Source of the DNA: Promethearchaeota archaeon
Lineage (GTDB): Archaea; Asgardarchaeota; Lokiarchaeia; Sigyniarchaeales; SOKP01
NCBI GenBank assembly: GCA_019058365.1
Contig: JAHPZE010000001.1
Span: 1 to 64,000, forward strand
Reading direction: 5' to 3'
DNA length: 64,000 nt
Part shown: one piece after another, positions 19,337 to 27,894 of the stretch
How the letters are laid out: the number at the start of each line of letters is the position of its first letter
Position numbering within the stretch: position 1 is the first letter of the stretch
Made by a program: the position numbers and the translations under genes
The notes under the pieces: generated by a model
The model's database searches: none
What the model saw: the letters and a program-made list of their open reading frames with translations, nothing else
What the model was told of the DNA's origin: nothing

Positions 19337-20246
19337 TTGTTTCTTTTTTATTTTTTTTTTTTATATTCAGTTTTTTATTAAGTTCTTCTGCTCTTTTTAA
19401 ATCTTCTTCTGAGATTTTTAAATATTCTATTACTTTTTTTTTAAAAATCTTTCTAAGGGGTGTACCGTAATAAAAGGAATTCCCTTTCAAAATATTATAT
19501 TTAGTTGCTCCTGTCATAGGTAACCACCATGAATTATCTCCAATATCAATACCAGGGGCAAAACAATTAAATCCCGCAGCAGTAACATTGTTTCCGATTT
19601 TTATTTTTGCAAACGATATATTACCGAAAACACCTTCTACAGAATGTGAACTGATGCCTGGATTTGTTCCTATATAAGAATTTTTTCCAACTTCTACAAA
19701 TCGATCTCCCGCAAGTTGTTCCTCAATGACAGACCCTTTTCCTATTTTATTCGTCCCTATGAAGTTATACATCCAATTTAATAACCAGGGAAATGGACCA
19801 CGAGAAAAGGCATTTTTTGGATACTTGATAATAAAACTACGAAAATGATAATAATTTAACGTCTTGCTAGGTATATTTCTTGGTATGATCCCAGATTTAG
19901 AAGGAGATTTTTTTTCTGAGTATCTCCAAAACCATCGAGTTATTATAGCTACAATAAATAGATGTATCAAATAGCAAATAATAATTACAATGGGTATCGA
20001 TATTGAAGCAATAAGAGAGGGTAAATTAGTAAAAAGTGAAATAAAGTTTGATACTTCTAAGAAATTTGGTAGATAAAAAAACATTATAAAAAGCATGAAA
20101 ATAATACTTGGTATTAAAAATGAACAGTAATAAATGACGTAGAACAAAGGCAGCCATAAACGTAAATTTAAACTAATCTCTTCTTTAATAATATTGTTTT
20201 CAGAATCCTTTTTTTGCTCTGAATTTAATACAGCCAAGTTTTTCAC
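19311..20246 (-). CDS. Membrane-bound LbH acyltransferase-like protein, stand-alone type A
   Basis: Matches N-terminal half of the AB fusions (SPSKSGIIPRN, SSHSVEGVFGNIS, YYGTPLRKIF). Confidence 0.8.
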   Translation of the reverse strand: MKNLAVLNSEQKKDSENNIIKEEISLNLRLWLPLFYVIYYCSFLIPSIIFMLFIMFFYLPNFLEVSNFISLFTNLPSLIASISIPIVIIICYLIHLFIVAIITRWFWRYSEKKSPSKSGIIPRNIPSKTLNYYHFRSFIIKYPKNAFSRGPFPWLLNWMYNFIGTNKIGKGSVIEEQLAGDRFVEVGKNSYIGTNPGISSHSVEGVFGNISFAKIKIGNNVTAAGFNCFAPGIDIGDNSWWLPMTGATKYNILKGNSFYYGTPLRKIFKKKVIEYLKISEEDLKRAEELNKKLNIKKKNKKETSVKKANEF

Positions 20247-20376
20247 AGAAGAGTTATAATTTTCTTTATTTAGCGGTTTTCTTTAATATTTCTTTTTTAT
20301 ATACTCATAACTATTTAAAAATTTTCAGATTTAAAATCATAGGATAAGTGGAAAAATATAAAAATGAATTAATTTA

Positions 20377-21201
20377 TTATCTATTCTTTTTTGGAAACCA
20401 TGGGAAAAGCAAACTTGTTCTTCTTTTATAATCAGCATAGACATCATCACCTTCATAATGTTTATCAAGCAGTTTTATACCTGAGACTTTTATTATCATA
20501 TAAGTAATGAATATCGGTCCAAAAATTGAAATCCAACCAAAAGGTACAGCTAGAACAATGATATAAATTCCCCACCATTGAGTGACTTCACCAAAATAGT
20601 TTGGATGCTGCGTATATTTCCATAATCCTAGATCTAATACTTTCCCTTTATTATTTGGATCTTGTTTGAATTTATAGAGCTGATAATCTCCAAATGTTTC
20701 AAATAAGAATCCTATTAACCATACTATTAAGCCAATCCATAAAGTAAGTCCAATAAAATCTAATAAGCTCACCAATACAGGGTTTGGACTCATATTGACA
20801 AACCAAACGGGGAAAGCTACTATAAAAATCACAATACCTTGAAAAATGTAGATTCTTATCAAACTTTTCAGAAAGATATTAGTTTTCCATCTTTCTCTCA
20901 TTTCTCTATATCTGTAATCTTCTGGTTTCCCTCGGTTTCTAATGAATACATATGAAGCAAGTCTTATTGACCATATGATTACTAAAACCGTAACTACTAT
21001 TTGGCGAACATTTACAGCATTATTTAAAATAATAAAGTAAATTATGCTTGTCAAGGCAACTACAGAATATCCAGGCCCATAGAAGATATCCATAATACCA
21101 TTATTTTTTTTTATTATACCAACTATAAAAGCTATTATAAGATATACTAAAAGAAACAAAGCAGAGTTTCCAATGATAACGAACATATTTACTATTGTCA
21201 T
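20377..21201 (-). CDS. DUF1295 family membrane protein (steroid 5-alpha-reductase-like)
   Basis: EDYRY, GDYQL, GLWKYTQHPNYFGE, RTSLLFPWFP. Confidence 0.9.
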   Translation of the reverse strand: MTIVNMFVIIGNSALFLLVYLIIAFIVGIIKKNNGIMDIFYGPGYSVVALTSIIYFIILNNAVNVRQIVVTVLVIIWSIRLASYVFIRNRGKPEDYRYREMRERWKTNIFLKSLIRIYIFQGIVIFIVAFPVWFVNMSPNPVLVSLLDFIGLTLWIGLIVWLIGFLFETFGDYQLYKFKQDPNNKGKVLDLGLWKYTQHPNYFGEVTQWWGIYIIVLAVPFGWISIFGPIFITYMIIKVSGIKLLDKHYEGDDVYADYKRRTSLLFPWFPKKNR

Positions 21202-21283
21202 TTTTTATCTTATATATTTAATTTGCAATTTTATTAATTGAATAGTCTTTTTATTGTTTTATCTTATAAAAATAAAATGAACT

Positions 21284-21321
21284 AAAAATTAGTAATTCAA
21301 ATCTGAATTTTCGTTTAAGTA
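21284..21321. repeat. 38-bp imperfect direct repeat, left copy
   Basis: aaaaattagtaattcaaatctgaattttcgtttaagta; 35/38 identical to 22307..22344. Confidence 0.8.
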
Positions 21322-21785
21322 GAATTTTCTTTGTTCGAATTTCCTAATAAATTATTTTTGAATTTTCTCAATATTGCTTCTTTAAAAGAATCAAAATCTT
21401 TCAAATTGTTCTGTAAGATATTGTAGATAATCTTATTATCAATTTCTAAATAAAATTGCCCTAATAAATTACGGAATCTTACCATTTTAATAAAGTGAGT
21501 TTTTAATTCATTACTTATAATTTCATGCTTAGCTAAGATTTCTATTATATCAGTAAATGTTTCAGGTTTTTCTTTATTATTGAGTGTCACAATATGATTT
21601 CCAATGTCAATACATATATTTATAGAAATTTCTAAGGCTCTCTGTGCCGTGAAATAATTTTTATAGTTAGAAAGGAAGTCTTCTTTTCCGATCTCTTTAA
21701 GTTCGCGTAGATTTTCCATTAATTGATCTAATTTATTAAATCTAGTTAAAATTAAATCCCTATTTACTTTAATCCTTAAGCACAT
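21315..21785 (-). CDS. hepT: HepT-like HEPN ribonuclease toxin (DUF86), catalytic His substituted
   Basis: AQRALEISINICIDIGNH, FRNLLGQFY (canonical RNxxxHxY). Confidence 0.85.
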   Translation of the reverse strand: MCLRIKVNRDLILTRFNKLDQLMENLRELKEIGKEDFLSNYKNYFTAQRALEISINICIDIGNHIVTLNNKEKPETFTDIIEILAKHEIISNELKTHFIKMVRFRNLLGQFYLEIDNKIIYNILQNNLKDFDSFKEAILRKFKNNLLGNSNKENST

Positions 21786-22209
21786 CCATTACTGTCATTT
21801 TATCATACATATCTAAAATTGGTTTTATCTCTAAATAATCGTATAAAACTTTTATTTCAAACTCATGCTGCAGCGTTTCATTTTTGGAATGAATAACACT
21901 TCCTGTTTTTATAACATTATATAAAAATCGAGGTGTAACGCTGTTTAAAATACATAAATCTATCTCGATTTTATGTTCAAATTCTTTCTCTATTTCCAAA
22001 CTTAAATCAACTAGATATAAATAATGTTTTTTAAATGTACTATCTAAAAGAATTCCAAGATCTACGTCACTAAATTCAGATCTGTTACCTAATACATAAG
22101 ACCCAAACAAATAACACAGTAGAATTTCATCTCGATTATTAAACACAATATTTATTATCTTTTCCAGTTCAGTTATCGATATTATTCTATGTCTTTCTCG
22201 TTCTATCAT
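21769..22209 (-). CDS. mntA: MntA-like minimal nucleotidyltransferase antitoxin
   Basis: YLFGS-x10-DVD motif; overlaps HEPN gene. Confidence 0.88.
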   Translation of the reverse strand: MIERERHRIISITELEKIINIVFNNRDEILLCYLFGSYVLGNRSEFSDVDLGILLDSTFKKHYLYLVDLSLEIEKEFEHKIEIDLCILNSVTPRFLYNVIKTGSVIHSKNETLQHEFEIKVLYDYLEIKPILDMYDKMTVMDVLKD

Positions 22210-22306
22210 AATTTACAAATATTATTTCACATTCATAATTAACTAATTATAAATATAGCATTACAGTCTAATAATTTTTTATCTCTATCTAATTTAGCAA
22301 TTATTC

Positions 22307-22344
22307 AAAAATTAATAATTCAAATCTGAATTTTTGTTTAAATA
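22307..22344. repeat. 38-bp imperfect direct repeat, right copy
   Basis: aaaaattaataattcaaatctgaatttttgtttaaata. Confidence 0.8.
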
Positions 22345-22636
22345 TAACAGTATATTCTATTTATAAAGAAACAGCGACATAATTTCGACGAAAAATTATC
22401 AAGGATCTTATTAAACAAAATCAATAAAAATATATGTACAAATTTGTGTATATTCCATAGATTTATCAAGCAATAAATAAGCAAACATTAAAGAGCTTAA
22501 TCAATAGCTTAATACAAAGTAAGCATTAATTTTAAATTAAAAGAAATCATAAGTTTATAGGACGGTTAAGGCATTATAAATTAGTAAATAATTTATTTAG
22601 CCGATAAAATTACAAATTGAATATTTTATACATATA

Positions 22637-24883
22637 TTGAGGAAGAAAATGCCCAACAATTCGTTTTCGTTAATAGATTTATATCCTAAACATGTTATTA
22701 ATTCTAAAGGAGAGAAGAAAAAATTTGATGAAAATAGTATCGCTAAAATTTTGAACAAAGAAACTGGGTTGGATATACACATAGCGGAAAAAGTTGCTGA
22801 AGATGTTATACGAAAGATAATTGGTCTAGGAATCAAAGAGATTACAACAAATTACATACGTGAATTAGTATGTGTTGAGTTAACTCAAAGACACTTAAAC
22901 AAATATAGGAATTTATTTGCACGTGCAATTAATTTAGAGAATATTTCATTTAAACTTGAGGAAGAGTTTTTAAAGAACTTCAAAGGAAAACAACCAGATT
23001 GGGGCCCTTTAGGATATATAACCTATAAGCGTACATACGCGAGAATCATTGAAAAAGAAAATAGAAAAGAAGAATTTTGGGAAACAATTAGAAGGGTCGT
23101 AGAAGGATGCTATTCAATTCAGAAAGAACATTGCATAAAATTGAGTTTACCTTGGAGTGATGAGAAAGCCCAAAAATCAGCACAGATAATGTTTGAAAAA
23201 ATATGGAATTTTAAATTTCTACCTCCTGGGCGAGGTTTATGGATGATGGGTACAGAATTCATAGCTCGACATGGGTCAATGTCGCTCAATAACTGTGGTT
23301 TCGCATCTACAGAAGATATTGATTTAAAATATTCGAAAGCCTTTGAATTTGTAATGGATGCATTGATGCTTGGAGTAGGAGTTGGTTTTGATACTAAGGG
23401 TGCTGAAAAAATTATAATAAAGCAACCTAAAGAAGGACATTTCGAATTTCAATTACCTGATAGTAGAGAAGGATGGGTTGAATCATTAAAATTAATGTTA
23501 GAAGCATTCTTTTTAGGGAAACAACTACCCCATTATGATTTTAGCTTAATCAGATCTGCTGGAAAGCCAATAAGAGGATTCGGAGGGATTGCCTCTGGGC
23601 CTGAGCCTTTAAAGCAAATGTTAGAAGATGTTCAAAAGATTTTAAAATCTCGAATAGGTCAAAAGATTACTTCTGTTGACATTGTAGATATTATGAATTA
23701 TATAGGGAAATGTGTAGTAGCTGGGAATGTACGTAGGAGTGCTGAGATCGCTTTAGGTGATCCTACAGACTTGGATTTTGTAACTTGTAAACAAAACGAA
23801 GAAGCATTATATTCGCATAGATGGGCAAGTAATAATTCAGTTTTCGCGGTTAAGGGTTTGGATTATTCATTTATTGCAAACCAAATCGCTGTTAATGGAG
23901 AACCAGGAGTATTTTGGCTAGAAAATGCTAAAGCTTATTCAAGAATGGGAGATTCACCTGATTTTAAAGATAAAAAGGCAGCAGGAGTAAACCCTTGTGG
24001 GGAACAAACTTTAGAGTCTTTTGAATTATGTTGTCTTGTGGAGACATTTCCTTCTCGACACGAATCATATGAAGAGTTTCAAGAAACATTAAAATTTGCT
24101 TATCTCTATTCAAAATCAGTTACTTTAGTGAACACTCATTGGCAAGAAACTAATGCTGTAATGTTAAAAAACAGACGGATGGGTATTTCACAAACAGGAA
24201 TAATTGAAGCTTTCGTGAGACATGGAAGACGGAAGGTGTTAGAATGGTGTAGCAAAGGTTATAATTATCTGCAAGAACTGGATGAACAATATTCAGGGTG
24301 GCTTTGCATTCCACGTTCAATTAAAATAACAACGGTAAAGCCAAGCGGTACAGTGAGCTTACTTCCTGGAGTTCCACCTGGAATTCACTACCCCCATTCA
24401 GAATATTATATTAGGAGAATACGTTTATCCAAGAATTCTGATCTTATCCAACATATTAAGAATGCGGGATATAAAATTGAAAATGATTTGTATTCACCCA
24501 ATACAGTAGTAGCAGAATTTCCAATTCATGAGAAATATTTTGATCGTTCTAAAAATGATGTTTCAATATGGGAACAAGCTGAGAATGCTGCTGCATACCA
24601 GAAATATTGGTCGGACAATCAAGTATCAATAACTATTACATTTACAGAAGAAGAAGCAGATCAAATTAAACATGTTCTTGAATGTTATGAAGATAAGCTT
24701 AAAAGTGTAAGTTTCCTTCCCAATAAGACCCATGGATATAAACAAGCTCCTTATGAAGAAATTACTAAAGAACAATATGAAGAAATAACGAATAGACTTA
24801 AATCATTTAATTTAGATAAAACAAGGGATAGAGCTATTGGAGAAAAGTTTTGCGATTCTGACAGATGTGAAGTTCGATTTTAA
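22637..24883 (+). CDS. nrdJ: Class II (B12-dependent) ribonucleotide reductase, RTPR-like, with N-terminal ATP-cone
   Basis: RTYAR, PPGRGLW, LNNC, VAGNVRRSAEI, NPCGEQ, VKPSGT, C-terminal CDSDRC. Confidence 0.92.
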   Translation: MRKKMPNNSFSLIDLYPKHVINSKGEKKKFDENSIAKILNKETGLDIHIAEKVAEDVIRKIIGLGIKEITTNYIRELVCVELTQRHLNKYRNLFARAINLENISFKLEEEFLKNFKGKQPDWGPLGYITYKRTYARIIEKENRKEEFWETIRRVVEGCYSIQKEHCIKLSLPWSDEKAQKSAQIMFEKIWNFKFLPPGRGLWMMGTEFIARHGSMSLNNCGFASTEDIDLKYSKAFEFVMDALMLGVGVGFDTKGAEKIIIKQPKEGHFEFQLPDSREGWVESLKLMLEAFFLGKQLPHYDFSLIRSAGKPIRGFGGIASGPEPLKQMLEDVQKILKSRIGQKITSVDIVDIMNYIGKCVVAGNVRRSAEIALGDPTDLDFVTCKQNEEALYSHRWASNNSVFAVKGLDYSFIANQIAVNGEPGVFWLENAKAYSRMGDSPDFKDKKAAGVNPCGEQTLESFELCCLVETFPSRHESYEEFQETLKFAYLYSKSVTLVNTHWQETNAVMLKNRRMGISQTGIIEAFVRHGRRKVLEWCSKGYNYLQELDEQYSGWLCIPRSIKITTVKPSGTVSLLPGVPPGIHYPHSEYYIRRIRLSKNSDLIQHIKNAGYKIENDLYSPNTVVAEFPIHEKYFDRSKNDVSIWEQAENAAAYQKYWSDNQVSITITFTEEEADQIKHVLECYEDKLKSVSFLPNKTHGYKQAPYEEITKEQYEEITNRLKSFNLDKTRDRAIGEKFCDSDRCEVRF

Positions 24884-25111
24884 ATCGACCTTTATTCTCT
24901 TGAACATCGAATGAAATGGGAAATTGATCTCCTAAAATTAAGACAAAGATAATTTAAGAATAATTAAATAATACTCAAAAATCTTTTAAATAAGAATTTG
25001 TATATATGATTTTGTAAAACAATTCTTTAACGTAAAAAATATTAATAATCCAAATGAAAATTAATTTAACAAATAATTATTTTAAAAATTAAATGAAAGA
25101 TGTGATTTTAT

Positions 25112-26056
25112 ATGTCAGAAGAAGATCCTATTGAAGAAATCGAAAAGACTGCAGAAAAAGCAGCAAAAAAACCTCGAACAATCACACGAACAACCCCAAC
25201 AAAAAAGAAAGTATCGAGACCATCTAAAAAAGAATCTACACCAGAAAAACCCGTAACACCAGCAAAAAAGGTTTCTAAAAAACTGAAAGTAAATTTTTGG
25301 CGAACTCGATTGCATGACGAAGAGTTAGGAATACATCAACAACTCAAATATCAAGCAAAGACTCGTTGGTTTAGTAAGAACTATGATATTGAAGGAGTTA
25401 TAGAAGAAGATGGTGAGAAGAAATATATTATTGCTTTCAATAAAGAGCAATGGGAAGAAAGCCCTCTCGAGGAAAAAAGATTATCATGCCGTATATTTAC
25501 AATTATGGAAGAGAAAATTACTGATGCGAAAACAGCTAGCGGTGGTAATTTCAAAGGCGGTGTTGAATTAAGTATTGCCCATTCATTGGTTCAGAGTTAT
25601 GAAATTAGAACACCCGCTCCCGTGTTTTTCTTTCAAATCCCAAGAACAATATACTTAGCGCGATGTGTGAGAGGGTGGAGGTTAGTTGGCACACGTTGGT
25701 CATGGCCTTTACTTCCAGAACAGAGTGATGATAAACTACAGATAGTTTCAGCTAAGGGAATTGTAGGACCAGGAAGAAACTACTGGATCTACATCGGAGA
25801 CCAGAAGATCGCGAGAATCGACGGTCAGAGAGTTCAGAAAAACTTTGAAATTCAAATTCTTGATGAGACTTATGCAAAAGATAAAATGTTTGTTACATAC
25901 ATGATATTATTCGGATGTGCGTGTAATTTTATGAGAGTTGCTGAGAAGTTGGTTAAACAGCTCTATAAAAAGATGAAGAAAACAGCAACCACAGATTATA
26001 AAATACCAAATCAAGAGTTAATGTTGTTTAGGAACCCTAGAATGATGAGACGTTAA
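25112..26056 (+). CDS. Hypothetical protein, K/P/T-rich disordered N-terminus
   Basis: Long ORF with SD-like GTGA upstream; no motif securely recognised. Confidence 0.75.
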   Translation: MSEEDPIEEIEKTAEKAAKKPRTITRTTPTKKKVSRPSKKESTPEKPVTPAKKVSKKLKVNFWRTRLHDEELGIHQQLKYQAKTRWFSKNYDIEGVIEEDGEKKYIIAFNKEQWEESPLEEKRLSCRIFTIMEEKITDAKTASGGNFKGGVELSIAHSLVQSYEIRTPAPVFFFQIPRTIYLARCVRGWRLVGTRWSWPLLPEQSDDKLQIVSAKGIVGPGRNYWIYIGDQKIARIDGQRVQKNFEIQILDETYAKDKMFVTYMILFGCACNFMRVAEKLVKQLYKKMKKTATTDYKIPNQELMLFRNPRMMRR

Positions 26057-26159
26057 AAATTAATATTTTTTCTCTTTTATTCTTTTTTTTCTAATAATTT
26101 GATAAGTTAAACACCTATTTATTAATATAAAATTGTAATCCCTAAGTCAAAATTACTTT

Positions 26160-26349
26160 ATTAAAGAATTTATTGATACTTCTATAATAACTAATGAAAC
26201 AGCTTCAATCAATATACCAAGTGTAATAGCCCATATTAAATCCATCTAGCAACCCGTCCCTGTACAATTAAGACCAATTATGCTGAAAATATTGCACCCA
26301 AAATGCCTCCAATTGAAGCTAAAAACCAAATCAATCCTGCTTTGCCCAT
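26160..26349 (-). pseudogene. Degraded small membrane-protein gene
   Basis: AAGGAG then ATG MGKAGLIWFLASIGGILGAIFSA*, continues hydrophobic in another frame (IIGLNCTGTGC*MDLIWAITLGILIEAVSLVII). Confidence 0.4.
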
Positions 26350-26435
26350 TATCTTCTCCTTTCTTTTTAATATGGTTTTTTATATAATTAGTTTAAGATT
26401 AACAAAAAAAAAGAATTAAAAAAAAATACTTAGAT

Positions 26436-27209
26436 TTATCCACCCAGTTCTTTCTTTTTCCACTCAATATAGCCTCTTGTCTCTTTTCCTCTGTGTATTG
26501 CTTTCTTACCAGTTTCTTTTTTATAGACTGATTGCAGTGTTCTATCATCCATTTCTTTCAAAGCTTCTTTCTTTATACGTTCATCAACTTCCATTTCATC
26601 TTCAATCGTTTTTACATGTTTTAAAACCCAAAATACTCCATGATTCCAGAGAACAAAACCTACAAATATAATTCCTACTATTAAAAATATCATACCCCCT
26701 ACCCATAAGATCCATAGACCAGGTCCCCAATTATGTATCATTGTTTGCCAGAGGCTCCAAAGTGCATTCCAAAATGTAGCTGGGAGTAATCCTATTAAAA
26801 GTGCAAGTATGGTAATATATAGGCCAAATAAAGCTACACCAATAAGAAGTCTCAAGGTACTATAATCTTCCCATTTTTTCGCTAATCGACGGTCTTTAAA
26901 CAAAACATTGCATAATTTTACCATACCTCCTCGAAATAACGTATAAAAAAGAACTAGTAGAAATAAGTGGCCAGTAACAGCACCGGCTATAATCGCTATT
27001 TGGAAACCAAGTTCTAAACCTATAAAAAATTCCCACGCACCACCTGCGAATAAAAAGGTGAGGATTACTGCCCAAATTCCAAGTACAAGAACTGCAGTAG
27101 CAAGAATAAGGCCGTAATAAATAACTTTTGCAATTCTAAGATCCCAAGTGGAATATGCATCTAAAGGATCGGGTAATCTATCCGGAGCTTTGCGAGCACC
27201 ACGCGGCAT
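26436..27209 (-). CDS. Hypothetical membrane protein (4 TM, internal repeat)
   Basis: Four hydrophobic helices, charged C-terminus. Confidence 0.75.
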   Translation of the reverse strand: MPRGARKAPDRLPDPLDAYSTWDLRIAKVIYYGLILATAVLVLGIWAVILTFLFAGGAWEFFIGLELGFQIAIIAGAVTGHLFLLVLFYTLFRGGMVKLCNVLFKDRRLAKKWEDYSTLRLLIGVALFGLYITILALLIGLLPATFWNALWSLWQTMIHNWGPGLWILWVGGMIFLIVGIIFVGFVLWNHGVFWVLKHVKTIEDEMEVDERIKKEALKEMDDRTLQSVYKKETGKKAIHRGKETRGYIEWKKKELGG

Positions 27210-27349
27210 AATTATATCATCTTATTATTTTTTAAATTTTATTTATATGGTATTCAAATTTCTATATTTTAATTATTAAGTTTACTATTATTTATTTTTA
27301 TTAGTTTATTGATAAGAAAATGAATTATTTTGTGAGATTTTTAAAAAAA

Positions 27350-27808
27350 TTAAGATTTGAGGGCAGCTTGACAGAAAGGGCAAGATGCATAATCTTCATC
27401 TAATTCTTCTCCACAATATGAGCAAATTATTTTTTGCTTCTTATCTTTTTTCTCTCTTTTCTTAACATTTGATTTCTTAGCAATAGGAACTTTTTCTTCA
27501 ACTTCTACTTCTAAACCTGCTTTATCAAGTATTCTTTCTTTAGGCGTCATATCTTCGCTCTTCTTTTTTGGTTTTTCAAACGGTTTTTCTGAATATTCCA
27601 ATTTTGTAAAGCATATAGGGCAATAGGATTTTGGTCTGTTGGATAAATATATTCCATAAGCAATTGCCGCGAGTCCTATAGTACCAACAATAACAATACC
27701 CCACACTACTTTTTGCATCATTTCCAATGGTTTTCTACGCGATTCTTCAACTTCCTGTTTGCATACTGAGCAGTAAGCATATCGGATTTTCTTCGACATT
27801 TTAACCAA
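27350..27808 (-). CDS. Zinc-ribbon protein with LITAF-like CxxC-hydrophobic-CxxC domain and C-terminal zinc ribbon
   Basis: CSVC..hydrophobic 22 aa..CPIC; CSYC..CPFC. Confidence 0.7.
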   Translation of the reverse strand: MVKMSKKIRYAYCSVCKQEVEESRRKPLEMMQKVVWGIVIVGTIGLAAIAYGIYLSNRPKSYCPICFTKLEYSEKPFEKPKKKSEDMTPKERILDKAGLEVEVEEKVPIAKKSNVKKREKKDKKQKIICSYCGEELDEDYASCPFCQAALKS

Positions 27809-27894
27809 ATTTCATCTTAATAGATTATTTTGATTAAATAAATAATAATCAAGTTCTTTTTATAAATTATTATATTTTTTAAAAATGGACTAAC

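Noticed and set aside
20311-20340. Partial reverse match (aaatctgaa..tttaaata) to the 38-bp repeat
   Set aside because: Short and AT-rich; better explained as the BRE-TATA of the LbH operon
22350-22636. Long leader of B12-dependent nrdJ as a cobalamin riboswitch
   Set aside because: AT-rich, no B12-box or stable stems recognisable
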